Assembly: GCF_001194135.2 (NCBI RefSeq)
Contig: NC_068983.1
Span: 167,041,357 to 167,080,757 of the forward strand
DNA length: 39,401 nucleotides
Source: Octopus bimaculoides
Lineage: Eukaryota
Direction of reading: 5' to 3'
Positions within the stretch are counted from its first letter, which is position 1. Each line of letters begins with the position of its first letter. This document shows, in pieces, positions 10,431 through 22,250 of the stretch. The notes below the pieces were generated by a model, which worked only from the letters and a program-made list of their open reading frames with translations, was not told the DNA's origin and made no database searches. The translations under genes were made by a program, and so were the position numbers.

Positions 10431-10527
10431 CTATTGTCTTCTTCATTATAAACAATGTCTCTCTTCTGCTCCTCAGAAAACCAACACAATTTTCTGCTAA
10501 AACCCAAAGAAGGAGCCTCAACAGCAT

Positions 10528-10705
10528 GTAGTTTGATCTGCTAGAAATAACAGTCAGAGTCCGTCAAATTGCACTTTACCATCTTAAAATAGGAAGGACA
10601 CATTACGTAGTGTAGTAGTCATACATGGAGAACATAGTCAAGGCTGGTTTATTTTTGATGATGGATTTACTGCTAGATCAGGGCTAGCCTGGGGTCAAAC
10701 AACAT
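10528..10705 (+). mobile_element. SINE-like family D, 3' part
   Basis: ctgctagaaataacag..ggacacatt..tagatcagggctagcctggggtcaaacaac; a related fragment lies at 10960-11075. Confidence 0.55.
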
Positions 10706-11585
10706 CAACTGACCGATGGTGTTGTCAGGCCACAGACACTATCAAAACTATTTAAAAACACTAAGCAGAGTTTCTCAGCACCACCACCACAAACACCGCT
10801 GCCCATGTAGGCACCACCACCACAAATAACAACAACAACAACAACAAATGCACTTTTATCAACATTTCTATCCTGTGGATGAGGCTGAGACAGTCTGCAA
10901 CTGCTGATAAAGTTGAATTTAGGGACTTTTATTGATCCCAAACAAACTGTAATTGTCTAATACATGCCAGCTCAACTTGCAACAAATCCTGCCAGAGATA
11001 TCAGCTAAATCTCACCCAATTTACACACTATCCTATTAAGAACGAGAGGACACATTGGACAACATAATCCAAATATCATTAAAATTACCTCCACCCACCA
11101 CCACCGCCACTGCTGCCACCGCCGCTGCCACCACCATATTTATTGTTTTGGATAATTGTCCTACAAACTTTGCTAAAAGAAAGAGTTGTCATTTCTGGAG
11201 TGTTTTCGTCTTCAGTTTGCTCAAGCAAAAATGATGGTTAGGGACAAGAAAAACAACAATCATAGCCACAACAAGGACAATGACAACAGTAGCAACAACA
11301 ACAACAACAGCAACAACAGTCTAGCAGCAGCAGCAACAATGAAATATTTGTTCTCTTACACAATAATGAAAAAAAAAGGTGGGGTTCCAGGCTGTAGCTG
11401 TATATCCTGTTGCCCTTTATCTCTTTCAGTGGGAGTTTTAAGGAGTGGGGTGTGTGGGGGCGAGGGGGTGGGGTGGAATGCAGTCACTGGGTCCCTTTCA
11501 CTGCTGAGGAAGAGTTACAATGACTTTTCTTTTTAGAAGTCTCTGGTGGAACTAATTGAAATAGATTAGTTAACTTACTAATTAA

Positions 11586-11800
11586 TTCTTTGGCCTGTTT
11601 CAGTCATATGACTGCTAGTGGCCATGTTGGGGCACTACTTTGAAGGGTTTTCGTGGATCAAATTCATCCAGGGACTTTTTTTTCTTTTTTACTTACTCCA
11701 CCAGACCCTTTGATTGAATTACAAAGTTATGAGGACATAAACAAACCAGCATTGGTTATCAAGTGGTCCTTGGACAAACGCAAGGATATCTGCACACACA
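11586..11800 (-). mobile_element. SINE family A, 3' half
   Basis: Homology to other family A tails. Confidence 0.65.
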
Positions 11801-11802
11801 CA

Positions 11803-11804
11803 GA

Positions 11805-11835
<31 letters not shown>

Positions 11836-11900
11836 ATCTGTCTGTCTGCCTGCCTATCTATCTCTCCGTCTGTGTGTCTGCCTATCTATCTATCTATCTA

Positions 11901-11950
<50 letters not shown>
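11803..11950. repeat. (TCTG)n/(TCTA)n microsatellite
   Basis: Directly visible. Confidence 0.9.
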
Positions 11951-11953
<3 letters not shown>

Positions 11954-12390
11954 TTTCTTTTATTCTCAGAGCTGTTCCAGTTTCTGGACTTTGAAGAGTT
12001 TTATTAAACAAACTGACCTCAGTGCTTTGTTCGATGCTTATAAACCTGATACTATTTCCAATAATCTTTTGTTACTGAACCAATAAGTCTTAGGAATATA
12101 AACAAACCAACTCTGGCTTCAAATGGTGAAGTCAAACAGACACAAGGCAGCACGCGCATGCACACACGTGCACACACACACACACACACACACACCACTC
12201 ACATATACATATATAAATATATATACAATGGGCTTCCACCTAGTTTCCCTCTTCCAAATTCTTCTACAAAGCATTGGTGAACTTGGTGCTATTATAAACA
12301 ACACTTTTCCAAGGTGCCACACAGTGGAACTGAAACCTAAACCATTTAGTTGCGAAGCAAACTTCTTAACCACACAACAACGCCTGCATT
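11950..12390 (-). mobile_element. SINE family A, diverged near-full copy
   Basis: Minus-strand head and CORE-like gtggcaccttggaaaagtg at 12300-12390, with internal (CA)n/(TA)n. Confidence 0.65.
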
Positions 12391-13527
12391 TCCAGTTATG
12401 TTGCAAATCAGAAATTACCTCATTAGCAAAGTTTCAACTTTGTTAAGCTTTTCTTGTTTCAGTCTCTTAGATATTTAATCCATGTCTCTAGCGTTTGGCA
12501 AGACAGAGTTCCTCTTGGCTGACTGGTTTCTTTGTATACAGAACAGGAGGAAGACAAAGCAATGTTCAAATGATATAGAATCCATGTCTTATAAAAGCAT
12601 TAGCAGTCTCAATACATGTCAGCTAGTTCACAAAAGTCCAAAAGTTTGGGATCTCTTCAAATATTCATGCCATCACTTTGAACAAAAGAAATATAAACAG
12701 AGACATAAAAAAAATGTTGCCTTGCAGTACAAGATGACTATGTTGCAATGAATAAAAATTAACTTTGTAGATGATCATGTGATAAAAGCCTTTATTAATA
12801 AAAGATGTTAAAAACCACATATTGATAAAAAATATATCAAAATTGGAAATTTTAAGAAATTTCTAGATAGTGTAGACTTTAATAATTGCTTTCTTTTAGT
12901 AAAAGTTGTACACTTAAAACTAATTAATAAGCACTTTCCTTAATTATAGTTTGGATGTATAAAAAACCAGAATGTAGGTTGGTATACAAGATGAAGAAAA
13001 CAAAACTACAATTCTGTTTTTGACAGGGTAGGACAGGCGTTTACTACTCAGGTCCAAACAGATGGATGCAGTATTTCAGTGGCACTTTCTTAAACTGTGT
13101 GGGGCGCATGATGAGGAGATGAGCAAAAACAGAAAAAATACACAAGACTAACTGGGATGGAACAAAATTATGTAGGATAGACTAAGAAATGATTGTTCTT
13201 TTACCTCCCTCATCCCCCTGCTTTTTTTTTTTATTTTGTAGAATGCGGTTAATAAAGGGACCAAAGACATAATAGAGAGAAAAATGTTAATTATGGAATC
13301 CGAATAATAAAGAAAATAGTGAAATGGTTTTTATGATCGTTGCTGCTTGGTTCTTAAAATAACTTTACAGGAACTGACTGTCTACAGATATTTCCAATAT
13401 CAACCGGTTCTTTATTTGAAGGCTTTCCTTTATTTCCTGAGGAAGTCAAGAAAGGAAACTTCACCCCTTCAACGATGAGCAAACTACTTTTATTGGAGAC
13501 ATTCTTTAAATGTAGAGTATTTGTTGA

Positions 13528-13630
13528 AACACACACACACACACACACATGTATAGAAAAAGTACACACACACACACACACATGTATAGAAAAAGTATAC
13601 ACACACACACACACACATGTATAGAAAAAG

Positions 13631-13668
<38 letters not shown>

Positions 13669-13800
13669 TAGANNNNNNNNNNNNNNNNNNNNNNNNNNNN
13701 NNNNNNNGTACACACACACACACACACATGTATAGAAAAAGTATACACACACACACACACACACATACACACACACATACACACACACACACACACACAA
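13528..13800. repeat. Compound minisatellite: catgtatagaaaaagta + variable (CA)n
   Basis: At least five copies of the constant motif separated by (CA)n of varying length; spans an N gap. Confidence 0.85.
13673..13707. other. Assembly gap
   Basis: N run. Confidence 1.
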
Positions 13801-14039
13801 CTTCAACTTTTACTTCATCATGAAAATCTCTCACATTAAAATTTTCAAATTTGTTTGTTCTGGAAAAAAATGAAAAAGTTTAATTGGATTGTTTTTCTTC
13901 ATCCATTAATTAATTTTGCAGCTGGTAGCATCAAAATTTTTTCAATGACTTAATCAGATGAGAAAAGACAACTCCTACAACCCATTTTGGGGGAAGAACT
14001 GAGACTGATAAGGTAAAATAAACCAGAAACTTAGATCAA

Positions 14040-14343
14040 AGGTCTCCAACAAAATGGACTGAGTTGTAGACAACCAAGCTCTAACTAGCGGCGTTAAACT
14101 GGGTGTTGGACGAAGACCAACACTTCCAAAACGAGTAGAATCCATTCAATAGACTTCATTGGCATGGTCTTCATCCACCCAATTTCTCTCATAAGATTTG
14201 GGTCCACTCAAGACTAAGGTCCAAAAGTGCTGTACAGTGTGATTGAACTCAAAACTACATAGTTTAGAAATGAATGGTTTGCCCACATGGTCATTGTTGT
14301 ACTCAACAAAAATATCAACTCTTCCCATGGAACTCAAACCATG

Positions 14344-14396
<53 letters not shown>

Positions 14397-14730
14397 TCTG
14401 CTCTCTAAATGATTGCTGCACCAAATACACCAAAGAGAAATGATACCTGCCAATATCAATATCAAAAGTCAATCAATTTGTCAGAGTTGTTCTGACTGGT
14501 TGGTCACATTCTCTGTCTTGACAATCAATGGCACTTGAAAACAGCCATAACTTGGGTACCAACTGACATCAGGCATCAAAGGAAGAGGCTGAAGATCCCT
14601 CAGGAGTGAACATTTCAAAAGGATCAGAAGACAGTCAATATTACATGGAATGGATGTGCAAGTGATGTAACTAACAGAATGGATTGGAAGTAGCTGGCCA
14701 CCAAAATGTTCTGAGCAGCAGAGGAAAACC
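14040..14730 (+). pseudogene. Old, degenerate RTE-like LINE C-terminal fragment
   Basis: Frame-shifted motifs LKTKV, WLxHILCLDNQWHLKTAITWVP and TW..DVTNRMDWK resemble the RTE post-RT region; interrupted by (TA)n at 14348-14392. Confidence 0.4.
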
Positions 14731-15104
14731 CACAGCTAAAAGACAAAGTTTGTTGTGACCATAGCCAGAGAACTGGACTGTCCCCTACCTAATTGCATCC
14801 CAACTATCATTTAATAGTTGTGTGGTTCATTGCTGTAAGCAGTGGAGCACTGTGTAACAGGTGAGTGTTTCATTATCTACAGAGTTAAGTTCAAACTGGA
14901 CAAAGGTGGTGGCAGCTCTACCAGACTGACCATTCCTAAATTCATTATAAGAGAACCAAAACTAATATCCTATGATGCTAAAGAATTCTGTGGATGATCC
15001 CACGATTTATATTCGCTCATAAAATATAACAGTTGATCCTTCATTTTTTTATTGTTTCTTTAAATGGTGGCTTCATGATAATAATGATAACAACAACAAC
15101 AACT

Positions 15105-15318
15105 ATTGTTTCAAATTTTGGCATAAGGCCTGCAATTTTGGGGAAGGGGACTAGTCAATCACATCAATGCCGTTGTATCACTGGTATCACTTATTTTATC
15201 GACCTCAAAACAATAAAAGGCAAAATCAACCTCAACAGAATTTGAACTCAGGATCTAACAACTGACAAAATGCCGCTAAACAACCCAACATGCTAATGAT
15301 TCTGCTACCTTACCACCT

Positions 15319-15320
<2 letters not shown>
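15105..15320 (-). mobile_element. SINE family B
   Basis: Minus-strand gagttcaaattc B-box and family body. Confidence 0.75.
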
Positions 15321-15349
<29 letters not shown>

Positions 15350-15350
<1 letters not shown>

Positions 15351-15545
15351 ATAATAATAATAATAATAATAATGATCTTTTCTACAATAGGCACAAGGCC
15401 TGGAATTTTGAAGGTGGGGATCAGTGAATTACATCAATCCCTGCACTCAACTGGCCCTTATTTCTTCTTCTCTGAGAAGATGAAAAGCAAAACTGACTTT
15501 GATTGAATTTCAGCAAAGAATGCAAAATGCAATGAAAGATTGCTA
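15350..15545 (-). mobile_element. SINE family B with (ATT)n tail
   Basis: gatcttttctacaataggcacaaggcctgg.. is the reverse complement of the family B 3' end. Confidence 0.65.
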
Positions 15546-15699
15546 AACATTTTATAATGACAATGATGACAATGATGACGATGACAACGATGATGCTGAT
15601 GATGCCAACAACAGCAATAAAGGTCGTAAAAATATCAAAGAAAAGCTGATAAGCATTTTGTCCAGTTTATCAAGGATTTAGGACTCGTTCTATAAATCT

Positions 15700-15965
15700 A
15701 TTATTTGTTGGTAGAGTTCATGTGTACAGTTATAGTAGCCAAGCTAATGAGGGGAGGCCACCAGATGGATGTGGTTGGTTTACTGAGAATAACAGCTAAA
15801 TATCCCTTAAATCTGAAAAAGGGGGACAGGAATCCTTTAGATAATAATTGTCCTGAATACAGCACTGTATTTATGTGAAAGACTGGATGGTTCAAGTGGA
15901 ATGTCTTTGATCGTGGGTCAGTTGGATGAGGGTTGGCCTCTGGTTAAACAACCACAACAACTGAT
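15700..15965 (+). mobile_element. SINE-like family D, diverged, (CAA)n tail
   Basis: Similarity to 10528-10705 and 36462-36640. Confidence 0.45.
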
Positions 15966-16169
15966 AGCTTAGTGCTTTGATGTTAGACATTACAATGAAA
16001 TAGATTTTAAAATTATACAAGGAGAGATGGGAGCCAAAATATGTTGTAAGCCAAGGCAGTTTAAAAGCTCCAGATACCAACCTGTCTGAGACCATTCCTT
16101 GTTCTATGATGCAAACTTCCTGTCTTGAAGTGATCTAAATTAAAGCCTCATATTAAAATTTCAATTTAT

Positions 16170-16235
16170 GTGGCAGCCCAGTCAAACCGTCCAACCCATG
16201 CTAGCATGGGCAATGGACATTAAATGATGATGATG
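16170..16235 (+). mobile_element. Short RTE-type 3' tail (family C)
   Basis: cagtcaaaccgtccaacccatgctagcatgg..ggacattaaatgatgatg. Confidence 0.7.
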
Positions 16236-16239
16236 TTCC

Positions 16240-16447
16240 AAGAAACCAGCTTATTGATGACAAAGTTATTTTACTAAATTCTTTATTTTCAAGATGTCTT
16301 GAAACAAAAGTAGTGTATATAACCAACAATATGGTAATGAAAACAGTTAATAGTGTCAGAATTATTTTACTAAATTCTTCAGTATTTTCAAAATTAATTC
16401 AAACAAACTCAGGGTGTATCTACAGAAATACAATAATGAATGGGTTA
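16240..16447 (-). mobile_element. Relic copies of the piggyBac-like MITE at 6249
   Basis: Minus strand starts taacccattcatt and contains gaatttagtaaaataa twice, as in 6249-6340. Confidence 0.5.
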
Positions 16448-16900
16448 CTTAATTAAGTTTAGCATCTTTTAGTGTTGAGATCAATCTCATAACAGAATTG
16501 TCAAATTCTTCAAAAACAAAATTAACAAAATAGCAGGAGACAACCTTGAAAATTTTAATTTATGAAAATTAATTAAACATGATTGCGATATGCTTGCTTG
16601 AGCGACAGTACATGTAGATTATACTGGTAAATAATGGAAAACATATGTGAAAGGAATACATGCACTTTCGTCTCGCATAAGATTAACACACACACGCATA
16701 TATAACGTGTGTGTATATATATATGAGAAACTCTCTTTCCTTATAAATAGAGTACAGGGAACACTAATACAGAATGCCCTTAATACTGATAATTGGGTAC
16801 GTGTTGTCCATCCCACTGGTGGGGGTGTTGAAGATTTGGTACTTATTTATTTAGGCATCAGCTTTTTTCAACTCCACCTCAAATACATTTTTAGTATGTC

Positions 16901-16948
<48 letters not shown>

Positions 16949-16987
16949 GAGTCAAAATTAAAAGAAGAGTGCCATTGTTATCTAGTG

Positions 16988-17025
16988 AATGATATTTCGA
17001 CATCTTGTGTGTCTTCAACAGGCTT
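16988..17025 (-). ncRNA. Degenerate hammerhead-like motif
   Basis: Minus strand CUGUUGA-A-GACA-cacaaga-UGUC-GAAA-UAUC; the core has A6->U and stem I is decayed. Same layout as the 21703-21745 motif. Confidence 0.3.
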
Positions 17026-17109
17026 AAAAAATAAATTTGTCAATCTACTTCATTTTGGTTAATATAGAAAGGATTGAGGTAACTCCTCCTGAGTGAAATA
17101 CCACAGAAA

Positions 17110-18678
17110 ACAAAGTTGGCGTATGACCTGGGAGGAGGTAAAAGAAAACTGAACAACCTGCTATTCATGAATGGCTCAAAGTTATTCACAAAAAGTGAAG
17201 CAGCACTGGACAGCCTAGTCCAGTCTGTGCGGATTTTCTCCAATGAAATTCAGATGGAGTTTGGGCTCTCAAAATGTGCTACGACGGTGATGAGATGAGG
17301 AAAGCTTGCCAGGACAGAAGGCCTAGGGCTACAAAGTGGTAAAATGATGAAGGCAATTCAACCTCAATTCAGTTATAAATACCTGGGAATATTTGAGGCA
17401 GATGGAATCAAACACCACAACATGAAGGAAAAACAAAAAGAGAGTACTTGCAGCGAGTGAGAAAAATATTGGCTTCAAAGCTGAATGCCAGAAACATAAT
17501 TTCAACAATAAACTCACACGCATTCGCAGTAGTTTGGTAGGGCACTAGAATCCTGAAGTGGACAAAGGAAGAGCTAAAGGAGATGGACAGGAAGTCAAGA
17601 AAGCTCCTAACGATGCATGGATCCCATCATCCATGTGCAGACACTGTTTGCTTATACATGAAGAGAGCAAATGGAGGAAGGGGATTGATAAGTGTGGAAG
17701 ACTGTGTGTACGTATCGAACTCAAGAGCTTAGTGAGATACCTAGCACAAAGTAAGGAAACCTTGCTAGTGTCAGTTAGGAACGAGGGAGCATTGAGAGCA
17801 GAGAAAAAAGGGAAAACAAAGTAAGAAGTACAGAAAGGACATGAAGAAGAATTACGTAACAAGGGACTACACAATCAATTCTGTGTAGCCACAACAGAAG
17901 TTGTTGGAAAACATAGGTGGGATTGGCTGAAGAAAGGAACCCTAAAAAAAGAGACCAGGAGCAGTATTCTGGTAGTACAAGACCAAGCTTTGGCCATGAA
18001 GTAGAGGGTCAATGTTTGGAATGAACAAGTGTTGCATTTGTAATAGAGTGGATGAAACCATTGCCCATTTCACGAATGAATGCCCTAGACTTGCTCCAAA
18101 CCACTGCAAGTTGTGGCAACATGATCAGGTAGCAAAAGTGCTACATGGGAAACTGTTAGAAAAGTGGGGGCTAGAGAGAGGCAAGACATGGTCTGAGAAC
18201 AAAATGTAGAGAATGGCAGAGTTGGAGACTAGCAAAATCCTCTGGGATTAGGTGCTAGAACATAACAGACCAGACCTAGTGGTGGTGGACAAGATGTACC
18301 AAATATGTTATATAGTTGATGTTGCATGCCCCTTTGACCCACGAATAGTCAAGAAAGAAGGCGAAAAGACAGACAGATAAAACCCTCTTAAGTACGAAAT
18401 GGCCCAGCTATGGAAAATGAAGAAGTCAAAGATAGTGCCAATTATTATTGGGTCCTTGGGGACAGAATCAGAAGGAATCAAGAGGAATATAAAGGAAATT
18501 GGAATAGAGTGCCCAGTAGAACTGTTACAAAAGGTCTGCTTCCTTGACATGGCCAGAATAATCAGGAAAGTATTAGAGAGCTGTAAAGAATGGATAGCAT
18601 GGCATTGTAGGCTGCAGGTAGCAAACCTGCTATGCATGAAAGACTCCATGAGTTCCAACAAAACCTGTGATAAAAAGA

Positions 18679-18680
<2 letters not shown>
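17110..18680 (+). pseudogene. Dong/R4-like non-LTR retrotransposon, 5'-truncated and decayed (RT C-half, zinc knuckle, RLE endonuclease)
   Basis: LNNLLFMNGSKLF (decayed HLLFMDDLKL), MEFGLSKCA, GGRGL, CCICNRVDETIAH..EC, RPDLVVVDK..IVDVACP and VPIIIGSLG; ends at (TAA)n 18680-18735. Confidence 0.85.
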
Positions 18681-18740
<60 letters not shown>

Positions 18741-18754
18741 CAACAACAACTGAC

Positions 18755-19912
18755 TGGATAGAACAAGCAGTTAGTACATGGGCAATAGCATCACTTCGGT
18801 ATGGAGTGGGAATTATAAAATGGTAAAAGAGAGAAATGAAGAAAATGGATACCAAAACCAGAAAAAGGTTGACAGTACATGGAGCCTTCCACCCTAAAAG
18901 TGACACCCATAGGCTGTACTTGTCCGGAAGAAAGGGTGGGGGAGGTTTGATCAGTTGCCAGGACTGTATCGAAGCAGAGGAAAACAGCCTAGGGTGGAAT
19001 ATAAAAAATGCCGTGGAGTCACTGTTGAAACACACAAAGAATGCCAGAGTCATCAAGACCGAAAAGAAAAGTTTAAATAAGACATGAACAGAAAAAAAAA
19101 ANNNNNNNNNNAAGAGATGTGAACGCTGTGACAGATGCAGAGGACCGGTGGCTGTGGATGAGGAGGAGTGACCGGAAGATAGAGACAGAAGCACTCATAG
19201 GCACAGCTCAGGAACAAGTGTTAAGGACCATTTATATGAAGTGCAGAATAGGTACTACTGATAGCGACAAATACAGAATGTGTAGTGAGAGGGGTGAAAC
19301 GGTATGGCACTTTATTAGAGACTGCCACAAATTGGCATTACATGAATACAAAAGATGCCATGACAATGTGGCAAGAATGATCCATTGGAAGCTCTGTGGG
19401 AATCACAGCCTACAAAGAGCAAAGACATGGTATGAACAAACCCCAGAAGGAGTCACTGAAAATGAGAACTGCAAAATCCTGTGGGATGCAATGATCCAGT
19501 GTGATCCCCTGACCAGACATAGGAAACTGGATATTGTTGTGGTGAATAAAAAAGCAAGAACATGTATGATTATCGACATAGCGTGACCCAGTGACATCAA
19601 GGGTCAATGTGAAGGAAGAAGAAAAAAATAAATCACGATGGTTTAAAGTGGAAAATATGAAAGTTGTGGTCAATGAGGAGAGTGAACATGATAGCAATAG
19701 TAATTGGAGCACTCAGCTACCAGCATGGCTCAAAAAGATTGGTACCAATGTAAAGGTAGAACACCCACAAAAATCAGAATTGCTTGGAACTACAAGAATT
19801 CTTTGCAGGGTTTTTGAAGCATGACCAGTAAACAAGGGTCACCTTAGTCTGCTGGCTGTGGATAGTTGACACTTTCCATCATAGCCAGCAAAATAAGCTG
19901 CGAGTTTTCACA
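18755..19912 (+). pseudogene. Second Dong/R4-like LINE fragment
   Basis: HGAFHPKSDTHRLYL..GGGGL, ETEALI..AQEQ, RMCSERGETVWH..DC, ILWD..RKLDIVVVNKK..IIDIA and LLGTTRILCRVFE; starts at a (TAA)/(CAA) array. Confidence 0.85.
19102..19111. other. Assembly gap
   Basis: N run. Confidence 1.
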
Positions 19913-19944
19913 TAACAATGATGATGATGACGATAATGATAAAA

Positions 19945-20055
19945 AAAATAGTTCCAAATTTTAGCAGAAGGCCATCAAGTTAGAGGGGAGAGGGCAAGTC
20001 TACTTCAGTATACAACTGGTACTATTTACCGACCCTGAAAGGATGAAAAGCAGTC
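19945..20055 (-). mobile_element. SINE family B fragment
   Basis: caactggtactatttaccgaccctgaaaggatgaaaagc matches other family B copies. Confidence 0.6.
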
Positions 20056-20057
20056 AA

Positions 20058-20866
20058 ACTACGTTCCCTGTCATCCCCTCCATGAGGCCCAACATCAGAA
20101 GATCCTTTCTCACCACTTCATCTCATGTTTTCCTGGGTCTACTCCTTCCACACATTCCCTCCACAATTACAGATCAGCACCTCTTGATGCAACTGTCCTC
20201 ATCCACACACAACACATGACCAAACCAGTGGAGTCTTCTCCCTTTTACACAACATCTGATGCCTCTTATACCCAGTTGATCTCTCAAATCACTTACACTC
20301 TGCCGTATACGCACACTGACATTACCCATCCACTGGAGCATACTGGCTTCATTTCTTTCAAGCCTTTGCATGTCCTCAGCAATCACAGCCCATGTCTCAC
20401 TGCCATGCAGCATAGCTGTTCGTACACAGGCATCGTACAATCTACCTTTCACTCTGAGGGAGAGGCCCTTTGTTACTTTGTCCAGCCCATTCTTATTCTA
20501 GCAGCTACACTTTTAGAACTGCCTCCTCCACTGCTAAAGTGGTTGCTTAATTAATGGAAACTGTCCACTACTTCTAAGGATCCCCTTGGACATTTAAAGG
20601 AGTCTATTTTCTGTACATTCCTGGTGTTTAATGTCCCTGCACATCTGCCACATGTAAAGACCACTTTCTCTGTTAATCTTCCAGTGATACCACTGCACCT
20701 CTTATCTGTCCATAGCTTGCACTGGGTACACCGTATGGAGTTTCTCCCAACACCTTTTCTACATATCGAACAGGGCCATCTCCCAGAAGGGATCAGTCAT
20801 TTGTCTGTTTTCCTACTAATTAGGACCTTGGTCTTTGCTAAATTAACTCTAAGGTCCTTTTTCTAG
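20058..20866 (-). pseudogene. RTE-clade LINE fragment (RT C-half with PHD-type insert)
   Basis: LRVNLAKTKVL, then CSIC..CTQCKLWT(D)KRC..CGRC, then LEVVDSF, KGRLYDACVRTAMLHGSETW, RLHWFGHV and GRSRPRKT. Same family as 32565-33528. Confidence 0.85.
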
Positions 20867-21194
20867 TAGTGATTCAGGCCACATGCCTGTATCTATGCAT
20901 GTTGTCCATCTATACATGTATAAATATACAGCACACATATATACACACACACACGGATAAACAAACAACAACAACAACCCCAAACACCCACACACTCTGA
21001 TTTAGAGTGCCACTTATATTTATTTCAAGTAGAAAATACCATTCCATCATTTTATTTCCTCCTCCTCCTGCTCCTCCCCTCTACATCATCATCTCCTCCT
21101 TCTTCTTCATCTTCTCCTATGTCATATGGAAGAGACATGGAAATGATGTCACTTCAAGACTACACAATAAGATTCTTTATATCTATATCCTAAC

Positions 21195-21415
21195 CAAATC
21201 TTATGTCAGTTTGTTTGCTGCTGCTGCCATCTATCAGAGATATTTCAGTGACATTTAAAACAAAATCAGGAAAGTCTTTAACCCTTTCAACTATCAAATA
21301 TAAATTGATTGGACCATCCCTGTTGGCATTTGGGTTCTCAAACACCAACAGTGATGACTCCTTGTTTCCTAAAAGTAAATTTAAAGTCACTGAACTTTCA
21401 TTCAAATTCTTCTTC
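21195..21415 (-). CDS. Candidate host exon (unassigned)
   Basis: Repeat-free 221 nt, open on both strands in register. Minus strand has ttcatag/G acceptor and G/gttagg donor, and the peptide KKNLNESSVTLNLLLG..LIVERVKDFPDFVLNVTEISL.. has natural composition. No homology recognised. Confidence 0.25.
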
Positions 21416-21702
21416 CTATGAACCCCAAGACTCAGAAATGAGAGGAAGTTTCCAAGGACACTCCTAGCCTTTTACTCTCATCTTTTGTACTTTTTTCTTA
21501 TTTTCTTTGTCTTTGTGAACACCACCAGACACAGACAGGATTGGCAGTTATCATTGTATAAATCAATAAAAGAATTTTTGACACTTCTTATTTGGGGCAG
21601 TTTCTTTATATTCCACAAACAACAATAACAACAATACTAATACTAATAGACAATAATAAGAGTGTGATGCGATTTGTAATAGAGATTGTCTTATTTAATA
21701 GA

Positions 21703-21745
21703 TTGAACAATATTTCAACAAATTGTTTGTCTTCTTCAGGTTCAA
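21703..21745 (-). ncRNA. Minimal type-I hammerhead motif in PLE 3' pLTR
   Basis: UUGAAC-CUGAAGA-A-GACAAA-caa-UUUGUU-GAAA-UAUU-GUUCAA: 6-bp stem I, 6-bp stem II (one G-U), AUAU palindrome for stem III. Confidence 0.6.
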
Positions 21746-21929
21746 AATGAAAAAAACTGCAAAAATACAGAAATTCAAAATATGAACAAAGAAATTTTGT
21801 GTTCCTTTTTAGATAAAATGACATCAGATTTCACTTTCATAACTGGTAAAAGGGAAAAAGAAAAATAGAAAAGAATACTTAATTGAACAGTTTTTGTGGG
21901 AATGTAACGAAATTCACCTGTTATTTTAT

Positions 21930-22226
21930 TTATTCCTCCAGGGTGTGATGTAATTCACAAATATATTTATCCTTATGGATTTTGAGGACTGAAAGTGTAA
22001 TAGAGTCAGAATATTTTCTGAGAATCTGCATTTTCAGGTGTTCTTCAAAATTGCAGTCGCCTGATGTAAAATATTTGGCAAGTTCTGTCGAACTACTGCC
22101 ATTGTGCCTCACATCATACCTGTGTCCACTGAATCTTTTGTTTAATCGTTCTATTGTACAACCAACATAAATCAAGTTGTGTTGGGTGCATTCTTCTGTG
22201 TATACCAAATGGGTCATCGTTTGCAT
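21930..22226 (-). pseudogene. PLE GIY-YIG endonuclease domain remnant
   Basis: LVY..EC..HNLIYVGCTIERLNKRFSGH..LAKYF, the PLE-type xIYxIxC..YVGxT..L..R..H pattern. Confidence 0.85.
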
Positions 22227-22250
22227 AAATTATAACATTTCTGTTATGTA

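Noticed and set aside
9918-10531. His/Asp/Ser-rich proteins in the ORF track (also 2673-4100, 25986-26609, 31527-32086, 33495-33880, 35048-35680)
   Set aside because: Translations of microsatellite or low-complexity DNA, open in several frames for compositional reasons.
12447-12760. Terminal exon (strong acceptor ttttcttgtttcag, short ORF, AATAAA)
   Set aside because: The acceptor-like sequence matches the antisense tail of SINE family A (tttacttgtttcagtc), and the ORF is only 19 codons.
13528-13800. CRISPR-like array (constant motif plus variable spacers)
   Set aside because: Spacers are pure (CA)n, the context is eukaryotic and there are no cas genes; it is a compound minisatellite.
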